Of a stretch of 64,000 bases of DNA, positions 1 through 8,711 are shown one piece after another. The stretch is from positions 62,001-126,000 of IMG/VR virus record IMGVR_UViG_3300035156_000206. The stretch is one strand, 5' to 3'. Each line of letters begins with the position of its first letter. The stretch's first letter is position 1. A program made the translations under genes and the position numbers. The notes beneath the pieces were generated by a model. It worked only from the letters and a program-made list of their open reading frames with translations. It searched no databases and had not been told where the DNA came from.

Positions 1-186
1 TGGAACCTACCGTCGTGGAAGGCAGCAATGAACTTCCATGCTGATTACGTGAACAAACACAACATCGGCATTGTAAAGATTCACAACCGTGTGGTTGTGA
101 CTGAGATGAGCAAGAACGCAAACAGGCCTACACGCAGACAACGCATCAACCTGGCACTTGCTCGTACGAAATACCCTTTGCGATAG
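1..186 (+). CDS. 3' end of hypothetical protein, truncated by window edge
   Basis: Open frame from base 1 to TAG at 184-186 (..WKAAMNFHADYVNKHNIG..KYPLR), same strand as the next gene. Confidence 0.6.
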   Translation, partial: WNLPSWKAAMNFHADYVNKHNIGIVKIHNRVVVTEMSKNANRPTRRQRINLALARTKYPLR

Positions 187-224
187 ACGCACTGGGCCTA
201 CCAATTTGTTAAAGGAGTTTTAAC

Positions 225-1862
225 ATGAACACCATCGAAACCAAAATGAACACCATTGCAGCATCAGTCCGTCACGGATTTGAATCCATTCAAGACCAAA
301 TCCAATCACTGCGCGGTGCATTGACAAGCGACTACAACGTTGCTCTTGATACCGATAGCTACAAACCATCGCACTTCCTGCAGTACCCGCCTAACACGGA
401 ATACGTGTTCTCGTACGTCGAAGCTCGTGGATCGAGCGACAAGCCGTCGTCGAAGATCATGAAGTCCTTGGAAAACTACCTAACGCCAGAGATGCTGAAG
501 CTGTTCAAGGCAGAGAATACCACTCAGCCATTCAACTTCACACTGATGTTCGGTCTCCAGTACATCAACAAAATGTACCTGAGCAAGCGCGTCACCAAAG
601 AAATGGTCGATTACGCTGCCAAGGAATGGAAAGCTCACGGCGAGCCATTCAACTACGACGGTTGGATGTACATTGTCAATGAGCTGGAAGGCAAGTTGCC
701 AGTTCGCATTCGTGCAGCCAAAGAGGGAGCCATCATCCCTCTCAAGAACGCGCTGATCACAGTTGAGAACACCGATCCCAAATGCTTCTGGCTGACTTCG
801 TACATTGAGCCAGCAATCCTCCGCGTATGGTATGGCATCACTGTTGGTACACTCAGTTGGACCATCAAGCAGATCATTGCTGCATACCTGCGCAAGAGCT
901 CAGATACCATGGATGGCCTGCTATTCAAGCTGCACGACTTCGGCTCACGTGGCGTCAGCTCGTACGAAAGTGCGGGCATTGGTGGTGCTGCTCACTTGGT
1001 CAACTTCATGGGCAGTGACACAATGCGTGCCATCCAGGTGCTGAAAGAGATCTACAATGTGGGCGAGGATGAAATGCCTGCATACTCGATCCCAGCTGGT
1101 GAACACAGTTCGTTCACTTCATGGCGCAAGGAATTCGAGAAAGAAGCTTACCGCAACATGATCGTCCAGTTTGGTAAGCCAGGCGCCTTGTTTGCTGCAG
1201 TGTCTGACTCGTACGACATCTTCAATGCAGTCGACAATATCTGGGGCAAAGAGCTGAAAGACGAACTGATTGCATCCGGTGCCACCGCAGTCATTCGCCC
1301 TGACAGTGGCGAACCAAAGGACATCGTCCTCAAAGTTGTGCAACTGCTGGACAAGAACTTCGGTTCGACCATCAACAGCAAGGGATACAAAGTGTTGCAC
1401 CCTTCAGTGCGTGTCATCCAAGGGGATGGCATTAACCTGGATAGCGTTAGCGAAATCTACGACACGCTGCTGGCTGCTGGCTATAGTGCAGACAACGTCG
1501 CCCTGGGAATGGGTGGTGGACTGCTGCAAATGGTCAATCGTGACACATTGCAGTTCGCAATGAAGTGCTCGGCTGCAAAGGTTGCTGGCGAATGGGTTGA
1601 CGTATACAAAGACCCAATCACCGACAGTGGCAAGCGCAGCAAGCGTGGCCGTGTTGGTCTGTTCCAGAACACGGTAACCAGCGAATATGCCACCATTCGC
1701 CTGGATGAAGTCACAGAGCTGAATGGAGAATTCGAGCACAAGGGCGAGATCTACATCGATGCGATGGACACCGTATTTGAGAATGGTGAAGTGCTTGTCG
1801 ATGAAAAGCTGGATGTCATCCGGGCACGATCGAACGATCACTACTTTATCGTCAGCCGTTAA
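225..1862 (+). CDS. nadV: Nicotinamide phosphoribosyltransferase (NAMPT)
   Basis: DTDSYKPSH, HDFGSRG, SIPAGEHS, VSDSYD, IRPDSG, VIQGDG, GMGGGLLQ..RDT motifs; SD AAGGAG. Confidence 0.95.
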   Translation: MNTIETKMNTIAASVRHGFESIQDQIQSLRGALTSDYNVALDTDSYKPSHFLQYPPNTEYVFSYVEARGSSDKPSSKIMKSLENYLTPEMLKLFKAENTTQPFNFTLMFGLQYINKMYLSKRVTKEMVDYAAKEWKAHGEPFNYDGWMYIVNELEGKLPVRIRAAKEGAIIPLKNALITVENTDPKCFWLTSYIEPAILRVWYGITVGTLSWTIKQIIAAYLRKSSDTMDGLLFKLHDFGSRGVSSYESAGIGGAAHLVNFMGSDTMRAIQVLKEIYNVGEDEMPAYSIPAGEHSSFTSWRKEFEKEAYRNMIVQFGKPGALFAAVSDSYDIFNAVDNIWGKELKDELIASGATAVIRPDSGEPKDIVLKVVQLLDKNFGSTINSKGYKVLHPSVRVIQGDGINLDSVSEIYDTLLAAGYSADNVALGMGGGLLQMVNRDTLQFAMKCSAAKVAGEWVDVYKDPITDSGKRSKRGRVGLFQNTVTSEYATIRLDEVTELNGEFEHKGEIYIDAMDTVFENGEVLVDEKLDVIRARSNDHYFIVSR

Positions 1863-1867
1863 GAACC

Positions 1868-1893
1868 AGAGAGCCCGCAAGGGCTCTCTTTTT
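1868..1893 (+). terminator. Rho-independent terminator
   Basis: AGAGAGCCC-GCAA-GGGCTCTCT followed by T tract. Confidence 0.9.
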
Positions 1894-1906
1894 ATCTGGA
1901 GCTCCC

Positions 1907-2059
1907 ATGCTATCCTTTCTTGGTAATATTGCTGGACTGTTGTGTTTGATGATTTTTATGTTTACAATCTTTCCTGCGATCACTATATTACAGATGACAT
2001 ACGTTTTCCTGTTCTATGCATGGGAAGAGATCGAATACTACTGGCGCAAGTACACCTAA
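1907..2059 (+). CDS. Small membrane protein, 50 aa (not in ORF track)
   Basis: Manual translation MLSFLGNIAGLLCLMIFMFTIFPAITILQMTYVFLFYAWEEIEYYWRKYT; fills the gap; hydrophobic. Confidence 0.55.
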   Translation: MLSFLGNIAGLLCLMIFMFTIFPAITILQMTYVFLFYAWEEIEYYWRKYT

Positions 2060-2075
2060 CTAACTGGACACAAAA

Positions 2076-2543
2076 ATGAAGCCTTTTAAAATCTCCGAGA
2101 CCTCCTGGCACTACCGACTCACCCTGCAATTCTACAGGGACACTAACCGATGCTACGACTTCTGCTCATACGCGCGGCGGGTGTTCTGGTCTATCCTGAT
2201 CGCCACCGTATTCCTAGTCATTGGGTTGTACCTGTTGTTCTGCCCACTTGACCTCGGTTACTTCATCTACCTCCAAATTACCGAAGGCGGGTACAAACCA
2301 GGTGGGCCAGCATTGATTGCAATGGTCGTGCTTATTTTAGGTACGATCATATTCACTTTTAATTACCTGTACGATCGGCACAGGATCTGGAAGAATGACA
2401 GGGCTAACAAGAAGTACGCGCAGGCAATGAAAGCACGAGGTGAGCATGTAGTGCCTGTACCAAAAGAGCCAGGCTTCTTGTCTACATGGTACAGCACATA
2501 TCGTGGCAAGTTCTGCATGAACATCGAATACACATCGGAGTAA
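2076..2543 (+). CDS. Hypothetical membrane protein, two TM helices
   Basis: Two hydrophobic segments; operon context. Confidence 0.7.
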   Translation: MKPFKISETSWHYRLTLQFYRDTNRCYDFCSYARRVFWSILIATVFLVIGLYLLFCPLDLGYFIYLQITEGGYKPGGPALIAMVVLILGTIIFTFNYLYDRHRIWKNDRANKKYAQAMKARGEHVVPVPKEPGFLSTWYSTYRGKFCMNIEYTSE

Positions 2544-2547
2544 CACC

Positions 2548-3381
2548 ATGATCAAATCTTTTTACATCGTCAGGAAACTGAACGGTCCTTCCTCAGATGC
2601 TGTTGAATCGGTAGTCTCGGACATTGAGCGGTTCGCCGATAAGCATGACATCGACTTGGCAGATGACCTTTTGGATTGCACCGAGGATACGCTATTCATT
2701 GCAATCGGTGGCGACGGCACTGTCATCCACGCTGCTAAGCTGGCTTTGGATCACTCTGCCTCGGTGCTCGGGTTCAATCTGGGCAAGGTTGGCTTCTTGG
2801 CCGACTTTGAGACCAAGAACGTAGCTGCCACACTGCATGCTGCGTACGAAGGGCTGTTAGCCGAAGACGAACGCACTGTAATTGAGATCAAGGCGGGAGA
2901 GTTTTCATATCTCGCCCTCAATGACTTTGTGCTGTCTGCCAAGTTTTCAGACACCACACTGTCATATGACCTGTTTGTTGATCAGCACTTTGCTGGATCA
3001 CACACCGCAAATGGCGTGATCGTGTCCACTCCCACCGGTTCAACTGCATATGCTTTGTCAGTTGGTGGCTCGATCATCATGCCTACAGGCGCGGACGTAC
3101 TTCAAGTTGTGCCAATTGCAGCACAAACGTTGACATCCCGGCCACTGATCGTGCCAGCTGAACCCGGTGTATCGATCAAATTCCCGTACAGTTCCAACCG
3201 GCCAGTTACACTTCGAGCAGATGGCCAACAAGTTCGAGAGTATGGTGCCGATGGTAGTTGTGATCAGACGTACTATGATACCATTACCATTTCTCCATTG
3301 TTCAAGAAGGTCAAGCTGCTGCATCACGACAACTGGAACCACTTCGATGTGCTGAACAAAAAGCTCAACTGGAACAAGTGA
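2548..3381 (+). CDS. nadK: NAD kinase
   Basis: GGDGT, NLGKVGFL, LND, GVIVSTPTGSTAYALSVGG and ADG motifs. Confidence 0.95.
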   Translation: MIKSFYIVRKLNGPSSDAVESVVSDIERFADKHDIDLADDLLDCTEDTLFIAIGGDGTVIHAAKLALDHSASVLGFNLGKVGFLADFETKNVAATLHAAYEGLLAEDERTVIEIKAGEFSYLALNDFVLSAKFSDTTLSYDLFVDQHFAGSHTANGVIVSTPTGSTAYALSVGGSIIMPTGADVLQVVPIAAQTLTSRPLIVPAEPGVSIKFPYSSNRPVTLRADGQQVREYGADGSCDQTYYDTITISPLFKKVKLLHHDNWNHFDVLNKKLNWNK

Positions 3382-4352
3382 TGGATATCATTGATGAACG
3401 CATCTCCTCCCTGATCAACCTGAGCCGAGAGTTTCAGCTTGAGTTGACACAAAGTATTACTGAGCACGGTGATCGGGAACGGTTAGCACGTGCACAGAGA
3501 GCAACCACGATTGGAGTGGAGATAGAAGTGCGGTTTAGTTCGTACTTCCCTGGCTTGTTCAAGCAGTTCGGGTTGGACGAACATTCGTATGAGTCGTTAT
3601 CGGCATACGACAAGTCCAGGCTAACACTCCTCACAAATGAAGCAGAACAGCCACTGCAGAAGAACCTCAAGCGGACCGTTCTTTGTGGTGTACCTAAAGG
3701 GAAGGACCGTTACTGGGAATTTGCCAATCGTCCCACATACCATCCGTACACCTTATCAGAAGAGGTGTTTCTGCTGAAGCGTGCTAATCTGATACCGTAC
3801 AATCAAAAGCACTCGCTCCATATCACCGTGGGTGGACTTCCATTTGGCACGGATGCAGGGATCCTCCTAATGATATTGGAAATGCTTGGATACACGTCTA
3901 AAGAGCGTTTGTTGAGTGGCATCAATCCGGATAAAGCTATCAGTTGGGGACGGAAGGGTCGAGGCGGGATGCGTAGGCGTACCACTGACTTGGAATTTGG
4001 GTACACGGAAGCGGTGGAGCTACGGACTTTAGAGATGCCTAAGGACCATGCTCGGTTTGAAGAATTGTTGTACATCACCTGGTTCCTGGCTGAAACGATT
4101 CGTAGGCCTGATCTTCGTGACTCGTGGCGCGCGGTAAGAAGGGTGGCAGTAGAGCTGGCGGACGCTTACAACATTGATGCCTCATGTAATTGGGGTCCCG
4201 GCTTTGAAAATGTTGACAAATGGACTAAACTAGCAGATAGTATCACCTCTATGGATAATACCCCATTGTGGCGAGTGGTCAAAGAAGTGATCAACTACCA
4301 GGATAAACTTTCATCCAAAAACTACTACCTGCGAGACTCAATCTCCTGGTAG
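3378..4352 (+). CDS. Putative amidoligase / COOH-NH2 ligase fold protein
   Basis: TIGVEIE, WEF, HSLHIT and VELRT motifs resemble the glutamine synthetase-like amidoligase superfamily; start overlaps nadK stop. Confidence 0.5.
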   Translation: MMDIIDERISSLINLSREFQLELTQSITEHGDRERLARAQRATTIGVEIEVRFSSYFPGLFKQFGLDEHSYESLSAYDKSRLTLLTNEAEQPLQKNLKRTVLCGVPKGKDRYWEFANRPTYHPYTLSEEVFLLKRANLIPYNQKHSLHITVGGLPFGTDAGILLMILEMLGYTSKERLLSGINPDKAISWGRKGRGGMRRRTTDLEFGYTEAVELRTLEMPKDHARFEELLYITWFLAETIRRPDLRDSWRAVRRVAVELADAYNIDASCNWGPGFENVDKWTKLADSITSMDNTPLWRVVKEVINYQDKLSSKNYYLRDSISW

Positions 4353-4383
4353 TTTCAAATACACATATTCATAAGGATATACT

Positions 4384-5103
4384 ATGTCATTCAAAGATAA
4401 ACTCGCACAAGCAGCAACCCTCGCTGAGGGCCTACTCGATAGCGTCAAAAAGGCTTTCCCAGAAGCCGCGGCTGAAGTAGCCGAAAACACCACTGGCCTG
4501 CTGGAAGAAATGAAGACCGAACTGACGGAAGTGGTTCAAGTCACAAAAGAGCGTGCCGACTTCATTCTCGAATCGGTACAGAAGGCTTGGCCTTTCCCAA
4601 CCAGCACGGGCCGCCAGTTCGGGGAAGATATGACCGAGCCAGAAGCACCAGTTGCTGCTGCAGCCAAGGCACCACTCGATCACTTCCAGCTGTTCCGCCA
4701 CGTACGCGATGGTTCAGTCGTTGAAGGTCGTGGCATCACATCGCCACATGGTGGCCTGTCGTTCTACATCGACGTGAAACACAAGCCAGAGCCTGTGATC
4801 GAGTTCGCCACGTGCGTACAAGGTCTGGATCGCAACTTCCAGTACCGACTGGGCCGCAACGTATCACGAGGTCGCTTTGTTGCTGGCCAAACGATCACAG
4901 CAAAGTACGACCCGAATCTGTCACTGCTGTCGAACATCCAAGCTGCACTGGATGATGTATCGGCTCGTGCCACTACTGATCTGGGCTTCCGCAAGGCAAT
5001 GCTGGAACTCAAAGTCGATCCCGTCATGGTGCAGACTGCAAGCAATATGCTGCGCGTGTTTATGGAGTCGCTGCCACGTGAATACCCAGGCGATCCAAAG
5101 TAA
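4384..5103 (+). CDS. Hypothetical protein
   Basis: 239 aa ORF, SD AAGGA, phage-like codon usage. Confidence 0.8.
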   Translation: MSFKDKLAQAATLAEGLLDSVKKAFPEAAAEVAENTTGLLEEMKTELTEVVQVTKERADFILESVQKAWPFPTSTGRQFGEDMTEPEAPVAAAAKAPLDHFQLFRHVRDGSVVEGRGITSPHGGLSFYIDVKHKPEPVIEFATCVQGLDRNFQYRLGRNVSRGRFVAGQTITAKYDPNLSLLSNIQAALDDVSARATTDLGFRKAMLELKVDPVMVQTASNMLRVFMESLPREYPGDPK

Positions 5104-5285
5104 TGTTTGATCCTGACAAGCTGCATTTGCTGACTGACGATATGTTGGAAGATATTGGGTTGTGTTTGCGCGACGCAATGTCTAACTACCACGGCAGTCT
5201 CGATACTCCCGACTATGCGGTCCGGGTCGCAAAGCTGGTATGCAAATTGCCACAAGGAAAGAAGGATGACCTACTGGACAGCTGA
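5103..5285 (+). CDS. Hypothetical protein
   Basis: TAATG overlap with upstream gene. Confidence 0.6.
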   Translation: MFDPDKLHLLTDDMLEDIGLCLRDAMSNYHGSLDTPDYAVRVAKLVCKLPQGKKDDLLDS

Positions 5286-5409
5286 GCAGATTGAGGATTT
5301 TCGCAAATGGCACGAGAATCGTCTGAAGGAGTTGCGCTATCCTGAAGAGATTGAGCGCAAGTTGCGAAACGATCGGGAGAAGTGGTTCCCCAGAACGTCA
5401 AGGAACTAA
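5266..5409 (+). CDS. Small hypothetical protein
   Basis: MTYWTAEQIEDFRKWH..; restarted at internal ATG with upstream AAGGA. Confidence 0.55.
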   Translation: MTYWTAEQIEDFRKWHENRLKELRYPEEIERKLRNDREKWFPRTSRN

Positions 5410-5421
5410 ACAATTTAACTG

Positions 5422-5463
5422 TTGCACCTAAACGTGGATCAATGTGATAATTGATCCACGTTT
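5422..5463 (+). promoter_or_regulatory. Sigma70-type promoter inside a 14-bp inverted repeat
   Basis: TTGCAC 5422-27, GATAAT 5446-51; arms 5430-43 and 5450-63 are perfect complements, followed by T-rich tract. Confidence 0.7.
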
Positions 5464-5469
5464 TCTTTT

Positions 5470-5874
5470 ATGGAGCACAGATTGGATAGTAACACAAAAA
5501 TAATCGCTACGGCCGACGAGGTCAACCAAAATGGTCGAAGGTACCTCCACTCAACTCTCGTTGAGATAGTGAACAGCCATGGCATGCGGGAAGTAATGGG
5601 AATGATTGACTCAGGAGGCACATCCCCATCATTCTCCGTTGACATCTCTCGTGTTTCTCACATTGTAAATAACCTTCGGATGGAAGGCAACCATCTCGTT
5701 GGTGACGTGAAGGTAATTCGTTCACCAGCTGGCGACATGCTCAACTCCCTGATGACAGCAAACGTCGATGTGCAATACACTCTATCAGGGTGTGGCAACG
5801 TCGAGATGATTGATGGCATCCGAACCATCACCAATTACCAACTTCGCAGTATTGATGTATCACCACTCAAATAG
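5470..5874 (+). CDS. T4 gp21-like prohead protease paralogue lacking catalytic His and Ser
   Basis: A..VNQNGRRY, SRVSH, GDVKVIRSPAG, IDV match the gp21/U9 pattern; GELxH becomes GMIDS, SSRG becomes TLSG. Confidence 0.7.
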   Translation: MEHRLDSNTKIIATADEVNQNGRRYLHSTLVEIVNSHGMREVMGMIDSGGTSPSFSVDISRVSHIVNNLRMEGNHLVGDVKVIRSPAGDMLNSLMTANVDVQYTLSGCGNVEMIDGIRTITNYQLRSIDVSPLK

Positions 5875-5881
5875 GAACTAA

Positions 5882-6106
5882 ATGGATAACCAACACCAAA
5901 AAATCAAGGGATACCGTGAACTCTCACAGGTAGAAATCGACGCTATGAACATCATCAAGGAACATGGCGTCAAGCTGGGCGTACTAATTGACAACCTCGA
6001 GATGATTGAGGGAATCGATAAGCGCTGGCTGGCCATGGCAAAGAGTGACCTGCAAAAAGGCATCATGTTTGCTGTTCGCTCTGTTGCCCAACCAACTACA
6101 TTCTAA
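5882..6106 (+). CDS. acb2: Anti-CBASS cyclic-oligonucleotide sponge Acb2
   Basis: MDNQHQKIKGYRELSQVEIDAMN..RWLAMAKSDLQKGIMFAVRSVAQPTTF closely follows the Acb2/Vs.4 pattern. Confidence 0.92.
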   Translation: MDNQHQKIKGYRELSQVEIDAMNIIKEHGVKLGVLIDNLEMIEGIDKRWLAMAKSDLQKGIMFAVRSVAQPTTF

Positions 6107-6361
6107 ATGAAGGACCCCATGCAACTCAATCACATTTGGGGATCCACGGATGGGTTAGTTCGCTACGATGAGTCAGCGGGTGCTGGCCAGAAGTATGTAC
6201 AGATTACTGAAATTGTAGTACCTACTGAATACGACAAGCAGCAGTTGCTTCTTGCATTCCGGTACATCCATGATCTCAAAGAAGCTGACAGTGACTTGAT
6301 GGCAGTGAATACGATCATGCATCTGTATACCTGTCCTGATATGATCAAGGTGGCTGGATAA
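6107..6361 (+). CDS. Hypothetical protein
   Basis: Abuts the acb2 stop; operon-coupled. Confidence 0.7.
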   Translation: MKDPMQLNHIWGSTDGLVRYDESAGAGQKYVQITEIVVPTEYDKQQLLLAFRYIHDLKEADSDLMAVNTIMHLYTCPDMIKVAG

Positions 6362-6585
6362 TGCCATTCATCCCATTTGTAGATGCCAAAGCAAAACCAC
6401 ACGAGCTCAGAGTAGCGGCTGAGCATGTGGAGACGGCGAAAATGGTCATGAAGAATCAGCTGTTAGAGATTCTTCTTGACTACCTATTGGGGAAACCCAA
6501 CAACGAACAGACAGCATATGAAGCTGACCAGATCACCATGCAGTATTGGAAAGACCTGGTAACAAGAGGAGGTATCGAATGGTAG
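6361..6585 (+). CDS. Hypothetical protein
   Basis: TAATG overlap. Confidence 0.7.
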   Translation: MPFIPFVDAKAKPHELRVAAEHVETAKMVMKNQLLEILLDYLLGKPNNEQTAYEADQITMQYWKDLVTRGGIEW

Positions 6586-6842
6586 TACTAAAAAAGATCG
6601 AGATTCGTCAGGTATTCAACCCTGACAATGGCGACGATGAAGGGTTTGGTGGCGATTACATCAAAGTGCAAGTGTTGATCGATCACGTGGTAGTTCAGAC
6701 GTATGGGGACTATTACCATGACAAGGGTGATTCCAAGGCCGAAGCATTTGTTCATGGTTATATTTACGCAATTCTGGGTTCAGATGACCGGACGAAATAC
6801 ACTGTTGAACGCACTTACGGATTAGATCGAACTGGGACCTAA
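6579..6842 (+). CDS. Hypothetical protein
   Basis: Start reassigned to ATG 6579 after GGAGG. Confidence 0.7.
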   Translation: MVVLKKIEIRQVFNPDNGDDEGFGGDYIKVQVLIDHVVVQTYGDYYHDKGDSKAEAFVHGYIYAILGSDDRTKYTVERTYGLDRTGT

Positions 6843-6849
6843 AAAGTTG

Positions 6850-6907
6850 TTGACGTACAACTGAAACAACAGGATGATATGCTCTGTTACTAACACGGAG
6901 CATATCA
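6850..6907 (+). promoter_or_regulatory. Sigma70-type promoter with RBS-covering hairpin
   Basis: TTGACG-17-GATGAT; arms TGATATGCTCTGT (6875-87) and ACGGAGCATATCA (6895-6907) cover the GGAG SD. Confidence 0.65.
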
Positions 6908-6910
6908 ACC

Positions 6911-8137
6911 ATGAACGAGCGTCAAATCCAACTGTTTTCACACTTAAAGAACCTCGTCGCAACGACTGAAGTGTTCCTTACAAAAATCCACCAACTCGAT
7001 GACTGTTTCTTCCAGGTATTTGACTACCGCCTGGCTCGATACTCTGACTTCCTGCTGCCTGATGCGCGGGAAGCACGTGGTATCATGTTCGAAGTTGACC
7101 GTGATGGTATGCCTCTGCGGTTGGCTTGCTGGATGCCTTCCAAGTTCTTCAACCTGAACGAAAATCCAATGACGATGGACCTCGACCTGTCTGATGCTAA
7201 CATCAGCGGTGTGATGGAGAAGCTTGATGGTTCAATCATCTCGACGATGATGCACAAAGGCAAGATGATCCTGAAGTCGAAGACCTCCCTGAGCTCAGAG
7301 CACGTCGCAGTGGCACAAGCATACCTCGAAAAGAACTCGTACTTCCGTGAGATCCTAGAATACCCAACAAAGAACGGCTATTCAGTTCACATGGAGCTGA
7401 CAAGTCCCGACCTGCGCATCGTGCTGGGCTACCCAGAAGTAAAGCTGACCATACTGTCGATGCGTCGTCTGTCCGATGGTGCAATGGTGAATCGTCATAA
7501 CTTCTACGATCACTTCCCATGTGATTACCGTGATGGCTTCCAACTTGATCAATGGGTCAAAGATATGGACCCAATTCAGTTTGCTGGTAAGGGCATCCCA
7601 TTTGATAACCAAGTGACTTTGTTCAAGCTGCGAGGCGTCGATCACAATGATACCATGTACGTATCGAAGTTCATTGATGCCATCAAAGCAATGGTAGGCG
7701 TGGAGGGCTACATTGTCCGATTGGTTAATGGTGAACACATCAAGATCAAGTGCGATTGGTACTGTGCATTGCATCACACCAAGGACTCAATCTCTGCACC
7801 CCGCCGTTTGTTTGAATGCATTCTGAATGGTGCTGCTGATGACCTGAAGGCTATGTTTGCAGTTGATCCAATTACGTGTGCACGCATCGTGGAAATGGAA
7901 GACAAGGTTGTTGCAAAATATAACTCGCTTGTCAACAAAGTTGAAACGTTCTACGATAGCAATCGCTCGCTCGATCGTAAGTCATACGCGATTGCAGCTA
8001 CCGCAGAAAAAGAAGACAACCTGATGGGCTTGAAAATGGCTTTGTATTTGGGCAAGACCAACGACTACAAAGAGTTCTTCTTGAAGCACCCAGAGATGTT
8101 TGGCATCAATGCAAAGGATGAAGGTTTCCCAGAATGA
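6911..8137 (+). CDS. rnlA: T4 Rnl1-type RNA ligase
   Basis: KFFNLNE, EKLDGS adenylation motif, EGYIV, KIKCDWY..LH. Confidence 0.92.
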   Translation: MNERQIQLFSHLKNLVATTEVFLTKIHQLDDCFFQVFDYRLARYSDFLLPDAREARGIMFEVDRDGMPLRLACWMPSKFFNLNENPMTMDLDLSDANISGVMEKLDGSIISTMMHKGKMILKSKTSLSSEHVAVAQAYLEKNSYFREILEYPTKNGYSVHMELTSPDLRIVLGYPEVKLTILSMRRLSDGAMVNRHNFYDHFPCDYRDGFQLDQWVKDMDPIQFAGKGIPFDNQVTLFKLRGVDHNDTMYVSKFIDAIKAMVGVEGYIVRLVNGEHIKIKCDWYCALHHTKDSISAPRRLFECILNGAADDLKAMFAVDPITCARIVEMEDKVVAKYNSLVNKVETFYDSNRSLDRKSYAIAATAEKEDNLMGLKMALYLGKTNDYKEFFLKHPEMFGINAKDEGFPE

Positions 8138-8334
8138 AAATCCTGTTCCAAGGAAAGATACCTGCAGAGCGCGAATACGTTTGCACCTGCAGTACTTGCA
8201 GCACCAAGTTTGAGTTCCAACAAAAAGAAGGAACCTACATCTCAGACCAACGAGATGGGGACTCAATATCAATCGCTTGCCCAACATGCAAAAAGACATG
8301 CTGGGTAAGTGCAAGCATGTACAAGAGGAATTAA
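8134..8334 (+). CDS. Zn-ribbon protein
   Basis: CSTC..CPTC. Confidence 0.75.
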   Translation: MKILFQGKIPAEREYVCTCSTCSTKFEFQQKEGTYISDQRDGDSISIACPTCKKTCWVSASMYKRN

Positions 8335-8711
8335 TGCTACCAAGTGAACTCCTGATTGCGGCGAAAGCCGTGATCACTTCTCCAGAATGCTGGACAACAG
8401 ATACATTTGCGCGTAATGCACAAGGAATGCCAGTATCTCCTTGGGCACCAACAGCCACATGTTGGTGCTCAGTTGGGGCAATGCAGAAAGTAGGATACAA
8501 GCCAATGGAAGATGGCGCCCCCAACCCTGGGCTACTGTATGGGGATGATGAAGGTGATACGGAACTGATTCAGAGTACCGCTATTCACTTTTTGTTCCAT
8601 GCCTTTGGCCCGGACGGAATTGGTACAAATAACGACCGATTGTCACATTCAGGAGTAATGGCTGTCTGGGACAAAGCTATCGAAGCAGCGAAACGAAAGG
8701 AAGTGGAATGA
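8334..8711 (+). CDS. Hypothetical protein, paralogue 1 of tandem triplet
   Basis: L..AKA.I..P..W....AR...G......A.CWC..GA....ND...H..V...WDKAIE; start at TAATG overlap. Confidence 0.8.
   Translation: MLPSELLIAAKAVITSPECWTTDTFARNAQGMPVSPWAPTATCWCSVGAMQKVGYKPMEDGAPNPGLLYGDDEGDTELIQSTAIHFLFHAFGPDGIGTNNDRLSHSGVMAVWDKAIEAAKRKEVE

Noticed and set aside
7-204. Minus-strand 65 aa ORF and the many other antisense ORFs in the track (e.g. 28804-29760, 27931-28797, 16327-17031)
   Set aside because: They lie opposite well-supported genes and lack RBS or motifs
225-1862. Complete NARP2 system
   Set aside because: No NMNAT is visible in the window, so completeness cannot be claimed
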